Source: Bigelowiella natans CCMP2755 (taxonomy: Eukaryota > Protista > Cercozoa). Taken from it: 64,000 nucleotides of DNA. This document shows, piece after piece, positions 41,201 to 53,125 of this stretch. The number at the start of each line of letters is the position of its first letter. Position 1 is the stretch's first letter. The notes beneath the pieces were generated by a model. That model made no database searches and was not told the DNA's origin. It worked only from the letters and a program-made list of their open reading frames with translations. The stretch covers positions 1 through 64,000 of the forward strand of contig ADNK01002424.1 of the NCBI GenBank assembly GCA_000320545.1. Direction: 5' to 3'. The position numbers and the translations under genes are program-made.

Positions 41201-41481
41201 TTAAACAACAACAACAACAGATGAAAGGCAGGATAGATCGTCCTGGCCAAAAGCATACGAAGTTGCTCCTTCGAATCATATATGCAGCAGGGACAGTGGA
41301 AGACGTGGAGGCAGCTAATGTACGGGTTTGCGGTCGTTTTGTGAGACAATATCTTAATCCATTGTCGGAGCAATTTTGTCAACTGGCTTTAGAAGGAAAG
41401 GCTGGAGAGCTGAGAGAAGGCTTTGATCGTAAATTGCGGAAAGAAAATGAAACGAATGCGAAGAAAGGGAACAAGATGTGA
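28580..41481 (+). CDS. Very large protein: UBA-like repeats + low-complexity linker + RarA/MgsA-C-like helical region + C-terminal SF2 (SNF2-like) helicase
   Basis: UBA-like segments ISEEVIHFYLQQSGFDVSQAVSSFF, SAEQANYYLRKSSYDLEETIQMFL and LEDLLLQAGYDIEAALSAYY. One ~3.57-kb exon (32684-36257). Helicase motifs: LWPHQ, DASAVGAGKT (I), VAIDECT (II), MLSAT (III), EGAHGINMQ (V), QMKGRIDRPGQ (VI). Confidence 0.85.
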
Positions 41482-42617
41482 TTATTTGAGCAAGAATACT
41501 AACGAATAATAATTTGGAGAACAAAGTATTTCTTTGTATTTCTTCTCACCCACAAAAATCATATTAGTTAAGGTTAAGTAGATTGGCAATAGTTAAATTG
41601 GTTAGTGTGCTGGGAAGTTGAGTTTAGCTTATCTAGTTATGTTGAGCATATATTAGCAGAACATAAGGTTACGATGAAGCACATAACATTTGGCCAACTT
41701 GTAGGAGGAAGAGGGCAGTTGTTGTTGTACAGTAGTGATAGCAGCGCTGCCTCGTGTAGAATGTAGAACTGTTGCTGTACTTCAGCCTTTGCAAACACAG
41801 CCGCAGAACAAAGGCATCGCAACCAAACACTTCACATCGTCGAGCCCTCGCAGCATGCATGCGCCCATCAGCTATGCGTGATTACCGTCATCACTAGCAT
41901 AGTGTGCGTGCATAACGCATGCATTTCATCATTGTTTTCAATGCCCCCTCCAGACCACCTAGAGTGCGCAATTTGCCGCATGCTATGCATGTGCGTGGCT
42001 GGCTAGCTGGCGTGGGTGCTTGCGCACGTGCGTGCGCGCGATCTATCGAGCTACAAGGCGACGCCCACAACAATGCATGCGAGGTAAACATTCAATGTTC
42101 ATTCTGCGCTTGTTAGCATGTGCGCACAGTGATGTGATCAACAAGCACGCCATGCTAGCATGCTAGCACAGGCGTGTCACATCACGCACATGCGCATCAT
42201 CACTAGATCACTTGCACGCACGAGCTGTGTGACAGAATGGTTCATGGCTCGCTTGTGCAATGAAGTGGACAGAAGCAAGTCCAAATGTGACCAAATGTGT
42301 CTTTGCACAACTGGGCGAAAAGCGCAAGTGAACTGAGACAGCTTGGCAAATGCATGAGCGCATGCACGCGATTTTTTCGCGCGAGCGCTTGGCAATGATT
42401 ACTAGATCATTGTGAACACACTGGAACAACGTGTTTTCACCATGCATGTAGCAGCTTTGATCAAGTGTCTGTTTGTCTCCGCGCTCTCACGTGCATCATG
42501 AATTCGAAGGCATCGAACCGCCATGTGACGTGTGCAATGGAACCATCCAAATTTTGCACTTTTGCACGAAACGTGATGCGTCATTCCAACACAATGCGAG
42601 CAGACGAATGACTGATG

Positions 42618-42799
42618 ATCACAGACATGCAATGCCATGCACATGCTGTATGTGATGTTGCTGTGTCCATTGTGAGCATGGCTCCATTTTTTGGGCCCCG
42701 GGCAACAGTCCTTCCTCACCTCACATGCCCCAAACGTGCTCATTGTGGACATGCAACACCATGCATGTGCTGCACATGACATTGCTGTGTCTGTTGTGA
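42618..42799. repeat. Two 58-bp direct repeat copies (42618-42675, 42742-42799) differing only at TG/CA/TA dinucleotides
   Basis: Direct ungapped alignment of the two copies. Confidence 0.92.
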
Positions 42800-43112
42800 T
42801 GCGAACTGCAAACGCTTGGATCTCATCAACTCATTGATGACAGTTGTGGTGCATGAGGGACGGCTGCAGTCTCAGCAGTGCTCGAATTGTGTCACGCAAG
42901 TTGAGAAGTGCCATGCATGATTGTGTGGACTCACACATTCACAGCTTGCCCAAACGTGTGACATCGACACAAAGTGAGCTGTTTCAAAAACTAGGTGATG
43001 TTTTTCGACAAATTTTTGCTCAACGTGCAGCTGTCATTGCGCACTTCAATTTGGCTCAATTGAATTTGATCACGCTTGCAAAAAGTCTCGGTGTGCGGCA
43101 CGTGGGAACACA

Positions 43113-43191
43113 CAAAATGTCGACATTTTGCTGCATGTGACTATATGACCACGCACCAAGTGGTCACACGGAGCAAAACGTCGACATTTTG
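43113..43191. repeat. Inverted repeat (31-bp arms, 27/31 identical, 17-nt loop); each arm contains an 18-bp (near-)palindrome caaaatgtcgacattttg
   Basis: Arm 1 is caaaatgtcgacattttgctgcatgtgacta; the reverse complement of arm 2 is caaaatgtcgacgttttgctccgtgtgacca. Confidence 0.85.
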
Positions 43192-44370
43192 ACACTCCTG
43201 GACTCGTTTGACCAGTGCTTTCAGCAATTTTCATCACTTTTTGCTGTGCACGCGCAATTCTGAGCATTCGTGCCAATGGGATAGTTGTTTTTGATTTTTC
43301 TTGAACAAGTAAAAACTCTGATTTCCCAATTTTGCCCAATTTTCAAAACACAAAAACTGAGGTGTCTCCTTGAGATTTTGGGTTTGCGGGCCCAACCACT
43401 TGTGCTGCATGTCAGATGGCTCTTGATCAACAGCTCAGAGGAACAGTTTCCTGCAACTCCTGCTGTGCTTGGAGCTGGTTAGAACCAAAGTGCATGAGGT
43501 TTTTCTCCTTGCATGGCACGCAGATGGCTCAATTTTGGGCAATGAAAGTGGAATTTCTCGAAAACTAGAACGAGATTGAACACAAAACTTGCATCACATC
43601 GATTCCGTGCACATGTGCGTTGCTCCTGGCCACGTCTTGTCTTGACGTGTGCTCACATGTCATGGCCCCGCTCGTCACACAGCCCAATGTTGTGTGGTTT
43701 GGGCAAGATGTGATGGTCCCTGCAATGTGCGTGTGTGCCGTCTGCGACACGTGCATCAACCACTTCACACGTGCCTTGCTATATTGCACCTAGCTCATGA
43801 TGCACGTACTAGCACAGCTCACACATGCCTCACATCAGCGCGCACATGTGCACACATGCATTGCAGCTACAACACCTGGCAATTTTTGGCACATGGATGT
43901 CGTGGTTTGTTTGGCGGTGCATGTGTGGATGTGAACAAGAGAGCATGTGTGCTTTCATTTCAGTGCACTGGTCGTGCACCTGGAGTGTGTGGGCACATGT
44001 GTTCTCATACGCGTACACGCATGCATGTATGAGTGGACTCATAGTCCCTGTGTGGTGACAGTGTAGACGGCACGCAACACACATGTAGACTGCTAAGCTG
44101 TGCTGAGATGCACCATGCATGAGCCGCATGTGTGTAGTACCGCGCAATTGTTTTCTACGTACGTACACATTTTTTGCATTGGGCTGTGTATGAGTTAATT
44201 TCATGTTACTGTGGCTTATGGCAATTCTCAACAAGTGTTCCCATAATGGCTGCTATGACTTAAAATACGGGCTACTGACTGTGGCTTATGGATGGCAACT
44301 ACACTAACCACTCCTCCACCTATAATCTAATGTGTTAAAGTAGTAAAATCTTCTTGGTATTGCTCATATT

Positions 44371-44948
44371 TTACCCATGTTTCCATAACATAACACCCAT
44401 CTCAGCGATATGAAAATACGCCATATCTTTCGTGTTGAATGACACGAAAGAGCCAAATGATTTTCCGACTATACAATTCCACGCTTTAGACCCCTTGAAA
44501 GAGGTATCGAATTCCTCTTTTAATAACTTCGCAATATCTTGCCAATGTGCTATCTGAAATCCATATAGAATTTCAGTATAGACAAAGAAGGAAACCAACC
44601 CTATCAAGTTTATTACTACTATACACGATAGAGAAATCAATTAGCTTTTAGGTATTTAGACGTAATCTAGTGTAGATAATGATCATACGAGAATGAGTCA
44701 ATTCTAATTGCTAAAACCTAATAAAGAGGTACGTTACTATACCCTTTAAAATAGTTTAAAGAGTCTAAATTGAACAAAGCTGAAGAATATAATCATACCT
44801 CGCCTCGCGATCGTTTCATGTATGCCTCCCTCGCTACTTGAAATGCTCTCTCCACCTGTTCCTTGTCCATACTTATATAGTTTTTGCTAGGTACTGGGGC
44901 ATTTTCGAGATCGATTTGCCGCTGGGCTTTCCTAGCGGATCTTGACAT
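44371..44948 (-). CDS. Dynein light chain, LC8/type-1 family; 2 exons
   Basis: Exons 44799-44948 and 44371-44553 give ...SMDKEQVERAFQVAREAY...WQDIAKLLKEEFDTSFKGSKAWNCIVGKSFGSFVSF...YF, containing the LC8 signature WxCIVGxxFGS. Confidence 0.92.
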
Positions 44949-45389
44949 TCTCTTCGCCCTTTGAAATTGAGAAATTACTATTATTCTCATGAAGAAGAAG
45001 AAGAGGAAGAAGAAAGACCATATTCTTTACTCTCTCGATAGGCACCAGCATATCATGATGCTTATATTATTACGCATGCGTATTGGTTTGCAATCATTCA
45101 ATATGTCATATCAATAAGATTAATGATTTTGTCGTACTCTTTGAATTGTAAGAGTTGACACTCTTCCCCGTAGAATGGAAGGGGGGGAGGGCCGCTGTAA
45201 CGACTATTCAGTTGGTATTAGTTGTATGTACGACTTGACTGCATTTTCTATCTGCGACAAGGAAAATAATGTAAGTACATTTCCTATCTGCGACAAGGAA
45301 AATAATGAGATACAACAAAATATAGGAAGGACTCGACATTCATCGACTTAGGCAACAAGTACCCCTGGTAGACAGAATTTGTGCATTCA

Positions 45390-46320
45390 GACAGGAGCAG
45401 AAGACTCTCGCTCTTGTGCTTCTACTGAGGGAGGGAAGGGTAATGGAAGCGACTCCTCTTTCTTAATCGTTATGGAACTGTCCAATGCCCCATTAACTGC
45501 CTAAAATTCCATTCCATGTCCACTAATCATCACCGGAAGATGAACCAACAAAAAAACAAAGGATGAAAGCAGCGACAACTAAATCCAAATGCTATTAGAG
45601 CACACTCATGGCGTAGGCGAATACATCCTACCAGCCGACGGTAGGATCATGTTCTTAACTTCAGAAAATACGGCTCATATCTTCTAGGGTGCCTACCTAA
45701 AGAAGGAACCGAGGAACGCTTCGAGGGCACATATGTGAATGTCACTAACTCCATTATCACTCACAATGATTCTTCGAACATCTGTAGACAGGCAACAAAT
45801 ATCGAAAAGCAGGAGAGGTTGAAGAATCCCTTACCTTAGTAAATCGCTCAAAGAGTGCTTGCAATTATTGCTTTTTCGCACCACAAACAATCTGTGTGTG
45901 TCTAGTAAATAAAGAGGAAAAACTGAGAGTTTAAACAAAATTCACAGCGGCACAATCCAAAACGAATCTGTCTTTAATCGTAAAGGAAATTAATGGTATC
46001 AAATCTTGTTGGCACATTCATAAGCAAACCAGTCAATTAATTCCAAGATCAATAGTTGTGTTGGTATTACGTTACCGCAGGAATTTGTATCCTAGCCTCA
46101 CTTGGTTGTACATTTGTGGCCATTTCTTTGGCATATCGATCTATGTGGGGAGAGAAGGCCCAAACTGGGGCATACGTTCTGTAATTTTTGAAATGTGAAC
46201 AACATGCGGTCACAGAATTTCAAATTTGCTGAAAAAATGGTCGCTGTGCAAGCAAGTGCCATCAATGAATATTCTGCTGAAGGGTATGAAGTGTTTTGTA
46301 TTTCTACACCTGTGTCAATA
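45390..46320 (-). CDS. Possible small hypothetical multi-exon gene
   Basis: Several AG/GT-bounded open segments (e.g. DRYAKEMATNVQPSEARIQIPA; AVNGALDSSITIKKEESLPLPFPP...*). The full model was not resolved. Confidence 0.3.
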
Positions 46321-47099
46321 CTAGCAAAAATTGAATTGTATTTGACTACCTTGTTTTGGTTGAAGCCGTGCATATTTTTTGCATTGGCGAAACCCTTGTT
46401 CAATTTTCAAACATGATTGATCAGATTTCATGATCGGATAAAAACGTTTGGCACGATTGAGCCACGCGCACATCACTGACGCATCATTGTCAAACGTTCA
46501 ATTTACATTGATTTGCAAGGATCGAATCAAAACCAACGCGGAATGCAAAAGGGGAAAGCCAAACTTACGTGCAAACAAACGCAAACGCAAAAGCACAAAA
46601 TGCACACGTGTGAATATGTGTGGCCACGTGTCCACATTATGTCCTTTTGCGTTTCAGGTTTTATAATTTCACGGTGTGGTGTGCAGAACACATTGTAAAT
46701 TGTGAGCGTTTTAATTTGGGATTGTGTCCCAATCGTTGAATTAATAGTTCGGATCACAGAGAAAAACTAAATATGCACACGCGTGTAACATTGGAACAAA
46801 AGTGTCGGTGCTTTCATTCTTGCACATTTTAACAGACATACCGATTATCTCACGTTAGACAAGGTGAAAAAAAAAGGAGCGTCTTTGATCACACGGGTAC
46901 CTCGATAAATTGAAGGTACAACGCGTTTAAAACATTTTTCGCTTGTTGTCAAATAAGAGTGTCCTGTATTACCGCTAGAAATAACCATAAATTGCCAGTT
47001 ATGGTACTGCATGCAGCGAATGGCCGTCTTTTTGGTGCATCAAGTAACCAGAATGGCAGTCATTTTGGTGCATCAAGTGACCACCACTGCATGAAACGT

Positions 47100-48933
47100 T
47101 TCAAATGTTGAATGGTGTTTTTACCATTTTGTTGAGATGGTTTCTTTTCGTCTTCTGTTTGTTCACAAATTTTAACCGATGTTGAACTCTCAGTATTAAA
47201 ATTTGCTATGGATATTTGTGTGCTTTTCAGGTAGTACTATCATTTCTTTACAGTAGATAGATTGTCGTCGTTCTAGTCGGGTGAGTCTGCCTATGTAAGA
47301 TAGCAATAAATCTCTCAGTAAGAATCACTCTAGCTTTTGTGTGATCTTCTGACATATCAACCATCACCAATTCAATGCGTTAAAATGTGGAATATATGGT
47401 TCTCAACCTCTTTTCCTTGAGAAATGTACCTCACCAATGCAGTTTATACCTATGGGATAAGTTATGTAGATGACCTAAGACGTACCTTACATCCAGTGGA
47501 TCTCACGATGTAAGCTTGAAGTAGATCCAGGTTTCTAGTGTGCAGTCCAGACTTCGTAGCAAGCAGGTATTCAAATTCTTATATTTTTCATGCAGTGACA
47601 GCCAGGACACGCTTAGTTATTGCACTTTATATTTTCTCTTTATTCCTCCTTTCGAAAATTAATAGACTACGACGTTGTTCATCAGTATGATGACAACGTT
47701 CTCAGTTTCATGTCAATCGACACAAAGCTGCTATTCAACCATCAAGAAAGATCTTAAATTCATTTATTTCAAAGCACATTAGTCTCTGGGCCTTTAAATT
47801 TATATTTGTATCCTATCTACACGCGAGAAAGAACATGCCTTGGCACGGTCCTACTCTTTTGGAGTGATTCGTTCCTGGAACCTTTCCACACACAAAATAT
47901 GGTTTAATGAAGACACAAAAACCATACTTCAATGCCATAATATTCCTGTGGCCGATAAAATCCTGGTTACACAACTTAACTAGGCTTTCCATCCATTCTT
48001 TTTCGGAAGAAATTTTATTTTCATCCTCTGTCTATAAAACTATAATTTCTACATATAATGACAAGGGAAATATTATGTTAATTTTAGGACTTTATGACTG
48101 TCACTTGATATTTATAAAGTTAGATTATGGCTAAAAATACTTTCTTTCATACAAGATATCGTAATACACAAAATAAGATATCATAAAATATTAGACTTTC
48201 AAATTCAATATAACTGGAAATATATGAACCTGAAGTTTTGCTGAACATTTAATAAATTCACTATATCATAGAAAACTAAAGAAATACTTGACAAATTCTA
48301 TTATTTTCAAGCATTGTAATTTCTTTTAGCAACATTTGTGGTCGAGTAAATTTTCAATCGTATAAATGACAGTATGGTTGGCGGTCATTATTAATTGGAT
48401 TTACCATGGGTTTAATGAAAGAAACTACATTAACTAATTCTTATCAAACAAAAATTGTTCAATTGAAATACTTATAGTTATACTTTTGATTACTGAAGAC
48501 TAGAAGGTACCAACTATCTATTACAAATAATAATGCTGCTAGGAGCGAATGGCATATTTCTTAGTATTAATTAGTGACGGACGCCAGAATATATTGCTTT
48601 AACATGTAGATAACGAGACGAGCGTTGCGCTAAAGCATTAGAACCACCCTCCGCATATCCATCCTTCCCCCTTTTTCCCCCCCTTTTTTTCTCTCTTTCA
48701 CTCTCTCTCTCTCTCTCTCTCTTTCTCACTTCAACAACATTTAGAGGGATGCCAAATACTTTAGGTACAATTATTTAGAATGGTAATTACTTTTAGTTAT
48801 AAATACTCGAATTCACCGCGAGTGTATTATCTAACAAACATCAGCTACAAACAATGATGCCATAGCGCCAGCTATTCTATCCACGTAAATATTATCCACA
48901 CATACACACAAACACACACACACACACACACAA

Positions 48934-48974
<41 letters not shown>

Positions 48975-49990
48975 TTTATATATGTACGTATGTTATTAAG
49001 AATAAGGCGCCGTATAGATTATACTATTAAATAACACATCAAAGTCTATACAAATATTATATATTTTAAAAAAATGTTTGGAAGTAGAATTGGTTTTCAG
49101 ACAATTTTGTATACGTATATGAAAAATTAAAAATATTTCATTAAGGAATCATAATGACTATTGGTAGTTAATAACTAACTATGATCTATCTTTTAAAATA
49201 TTTTGAATCCATTAAAGAAAAAATGATGATTCATTTAAACTGTTTACAATATTAATTCTTAAAGTAAATATCTTTATTATTCAATGGTTCAATCATAGGC
49301 TGAATAGATAGATTTTTTGTTTAACTATTGTATCAAGACATTTACCCAGTTTGCATAATGGCATTTAGTGCATAAATAAATTTTGTGAAATTGTATTAGC
49401 TATGAAATTGATATTTGTTAAATTCATTACTTGAAAACGTAAACTTCAATTTATTTTAATTTTAGACAATTAATTTATGTTTTTTTGCACTGGATCTCTG
49501 TAAGCGGAAAAAGGACAGGCAAACGGTATATCAAATATATCCACATAGCTACATACGTAAGACGACGACATCCACACATGTTGCGACAAGCGTAATTTCG
49601 CTATAATTTTTTTTGGTATATGCGATGTGGCCAGAATAAAATGCTGAACCCTTCCTGGTACATTGTTTTTAGAGCCAACAAGTCACTCAATGTGCGCATT
49701 TATGTGCATGTGACAGGATAATTATGATACGCCGCATAGTAATATGATATCAATTATTGCTTTATACCACATTATTAATCAATTAATTAGTGGACATTTT
49801 TTGACAGATAGTGATGATGTAATTTGTTTCATTTTTATTCAAAAAGACTAAAACCCATTGCGCAAGATTCATTTTTACTTTCTGTGTCAGTACTTGCTAC
49901 AATTTGACACCGAGCCGATGCTGGCCTGAGACTCACACACCGTCCATTGATTCGATCATACGACCACCACCTGCTAATCCTAAAAAATGA
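47100..49990 (+). CDS. Possible hypothetical gene with short exons and AT-rich introns
   Basis: Scattered splice-bounded open segments (LLCDLLTYQPSPIQCVKMWNI; YTYGISYVDDLRRTLHPVDLT; terminal TCYNLTPSRCWPETHTPSIDSIIRPPPANPKK*). Confidence 0.28.
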
Positions 49991-49999
49991 ATTACGTTT

Positions 50000-51160
50000 T
50001 TCGTCTTTCTAAGCTTGTTTCCGGTTGGATACGCACTTTTTGGAGAATTATTGTTACTTTCTCGGATTAATTGTCTGCGTTTAACATAGCCGAGAGACCT
50101 TAAATTTCTTTTGATGTAGTTTGTGGTGTTGAACTAGTAAAGCTTGTAGGTTAGGATCTGTACTCCTTCAGCTTTAATGGATTTGTCGCATATTTTTATT
50201 TTCGTTGCCCGGAAACCTACTTGTGCCTTTGCTACCCCGCTTGTTCGTTTGTGAATTAATTTGTATTTTACCACACCTCAGATTGGAATGTAGTTCTTCG
50301 TCAAGATCACTACTGGAAAGTCACTCGATTTCGATGTAAAGATTATTATCGATCATATTGTCTCCATCCTCTGCATTGTTGTCACTTATTCCCTCCTTCT
50401 CCTCCGATCTGTCTTATCTCTTTTTCCCCACTTCTATCATCATTAGCGGTGGTCCGTTGATCCCCACAAACATAAAATTGGCGCTATGATACGCAGTTGG
50501 GATAAACATGAGAAAGCGTAGTTTCATGGGTGTCATCGAGACTGCGGCCACAGAATGCACCACCTCGCTTGTACAATCGGAGTTGAGGTTTTATGTTCTA
50601 AGGGATATCCATAGTCCACCCTCTGTTCGTCCAAAGAGCTGGTAATAGCGGGTGACGAAGTTGTTAGGAATGCATCCCTGAAACGCCCAAACGTGGTTGG
50701 TTTAGTGGCAGATTTTGTCGCTTAGAACGCATTATCCAATACACTTTTTCGAGAGAATTAATCATTGATTCATTCTTTCCGTATGCAGGTGGGCAGAAGG
50801 AGAATACCGTCGTTTCCCCCGCACATCGATGTGGCGCTATCCCCAGTAGTACCCCTCCCCCTCTCCGCGCGAGGAGGAGCCTACAGTGGCAGCAGCGACT
50901 ACTGTGGCGGTGGCAGCGACGGCGATCTCGGGCGGAGACGCGTTCGGGGGGAGTGCTTGGAAGTTGGGGTGTTGGTTCTCCTGGGCGGCAACCAAGCTCA
51001 CTGACTGCAGCGTGGCCTGTGAATAAGAGTTTCTGAGCAAGGAGGTATTCAAAGCACGGATCCTCATCCTGCCCAGACGGTGTATGGTTCCTCTTCCACG
51101 TCCACAACTTCCTCCCCTTCCGAGGCCAGGACGTGTAGGGTGTTTGCTCTTGGCTAGATG
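50000..51160 (-). pseudogene. Hypothetical gene or decayed coding sequence
   Basis: GC-richer 147-aa ORF (50664-51107). Downstream coding-like segments are interrupted by in-frame stops (NLYIEIE*LSSSDLDEELHS). Confidence 0.25.
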
Positions 51161-51553
51161 GGACTAAAGCGCGGTGGTGTACTTGAAAGTATATATTTTG
51201 ATATTGTTTGTGTGTTTTGAGTTGCGAATAATGTGTGTTTGAGTTGTGAGGTGACTACCTGTCGGCTCATCGACTGCTCCTCCCCCCTCCCCGAGGATGG
51301 ATTGTGAGATTGCTCCTTTCTTTCTTTCTTTCTTCTGCCGAGCTTCTCTCTTCTAAATCTATTATTAGCATTGTTGCCGAATTATTGTTCTTATGATTTA
51401 GTATTATTTTTTTAATTGCCGAATTATTATTCTTATGATTTATTTCCAAAAGAATTATTCGGTAGTTCGGCTCTGCTCGTGGCTCGTGGATTCTACGAAG
51501 ACGACGACGAGCCTAGGAGCGGTGGAGGTGGTGATCTGTGCAGTTGCTTCATC

Positions 51554-53026
51554 ATGGCGAATAGTAGGAGGACAAGCATGACCAGAAGCCGCTTGAATCG
51601 CTTTATACATAACAAGTGACGTTATCATCATCATCCTCACCATCATCATCATCAACATTACCATGGGCTGGCTTTTGGAGTACTTTCATCACACCATTCT
51701 CTAACGCAAAATCATCAGGTTGTTCCGCCTTAGGACATTAACAGCAGCTTGTTTAACCATATTGGTTTGTGTTATCGCTGCGGTCGCGCTGAATCTCAAT
51801 CAAAACTGTGGAAATGCTTTAAGATGGAAAACATGGTTGACAAAAAGAGGCGGTATATCAACGCCATTGTTTCGGAAGCATGCGTCTCATGTATTTCAAG
51901 GAAGTGCAGCAGTTAGAGAGACATACGGAACTAGGCTTGGTCGTGTTTTTCGAGAGCAGGATATTATCGGTTGCTGTTCAAAGCGGCAGGATGTAGTAAT
52001 AGTACATGTGGTGCTTCCTCATGCTGCTTCTATGGCGTCAGAACGACTCAAAACCAGGTGAAGAAGAAGAAGAAGTCAAATAACAATTGAGGAGGGAAGA
52101 GGGGGGAGGGAAAAGATAGGAACAAAGTTACAATCCTAATGCATTTACCACAATTAAAATGTTTCTATACTGCAACCGCCTTCTTCTTTATATCCTCATC
52201 TGCTGTTTGTTTTAACTTATGAGCCTCTTCTTCTTCACATCCTTATCTGTAGTATTTTCGAATATGTTCTTCTCTTCTTCCTCTTCATCTAATTGTCGTA
52301 GAATTTCTATGATCTATCGCAATTTTGAGATCGTATATATATTGCTCATCAGCCTAATCCAGAATGCTGCACCTACTCGAAGGGGTATGTAACAATAAAC
52401 ATCAAAATCGATGATGACATTATTGTATACCTGTTGTAGCGGAGGAGCGTGGCGGGAGGAGAGAGAGTTGTAGTAGTATTTCCTAATACCTCTCATTTTA
52501 CAACTTTTACTCGAATCTGTACATACACATACGGTGGTTTCAAAACGATGTTGTCTGGTGTAGTTATTGCTCGATGCTACGTCTGTGCGTGTGCTCATAT
52601 ACGGAAGAGGCGTGTGTAATATATGATAATCGATATATGAAGGCACGAATGCAACTATTTCCCAGCAGAAAATTTTGCTGCATCAAATTAAGGTTGTATT
52701 ATGATGTTACAATGATGAGTTCCTTCAATAGGTATTTCAACGATATATACTACTAAATTGACAGATTTACAAAATGAGGACACTCTTCTTTCTTTTTTCT
52801 CTCCACTTAGTATCATTTTGTATGGTATTGGTACATAGGAGTTAGAGAAAATGAATGTAGTTGAAAATCCTGCAGCATCATCATCATCGATAGATATAAA
52901 TGGTTGGTGGTCACTTATATACCAGGTATTATTATCATCAAATCAGTCATTATTTGGTTAACCAACAATAATAAATGAGTAAAGATTTGATTGAACTTGA
53001 GGTTGAGTGAATATCCTTGATTGCAG

Positions 53027-53062
<36 letters not shown>

Positions 53063-53091
53063 ATGACACATCAATCTTAATCGTCCTCGTC

Positions 53092-53125
<34 letters not shown>

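Larger units (their letters stand above)
41780..44150. other. Largest TpA-depleted intergenic island, between convergent helicase and dynein light chain genes; may contain a decayed mobile element
   Basis: 42121-43140 has 8 TA in 1020 nt, 5 of them in CTAG. It contains a diverged 58-bp direct repeat and a 31-bp-arm inverted repeat. Confidence 0.93.

Noticed and set aside
41637-44234. Many overlapping Cys/His/Met/Ala-rich ORFs on both strands (also 10314-11388, 15321-16217, 55152-55472)
   Set aside because: Loss of TpA removes TAA and most TAG stops and turns Tyr codons into Cys/His, which inflates ORF length. No domain motifs or splice structure were found.
45241-45308. Short (~35-bp) tandem duplication, and another at ~51372-51441
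   Set aside because: These are ordinary local duplications with no informative structure.
48100-49500. Very AT-rich stretch as an organellar or nucleomorph insertion or a centromere
   Set aside because: No organellar genes or periodic repeats were seen, and it may be introns of a weak gene model. It serves as a TA-rich control for the islands.
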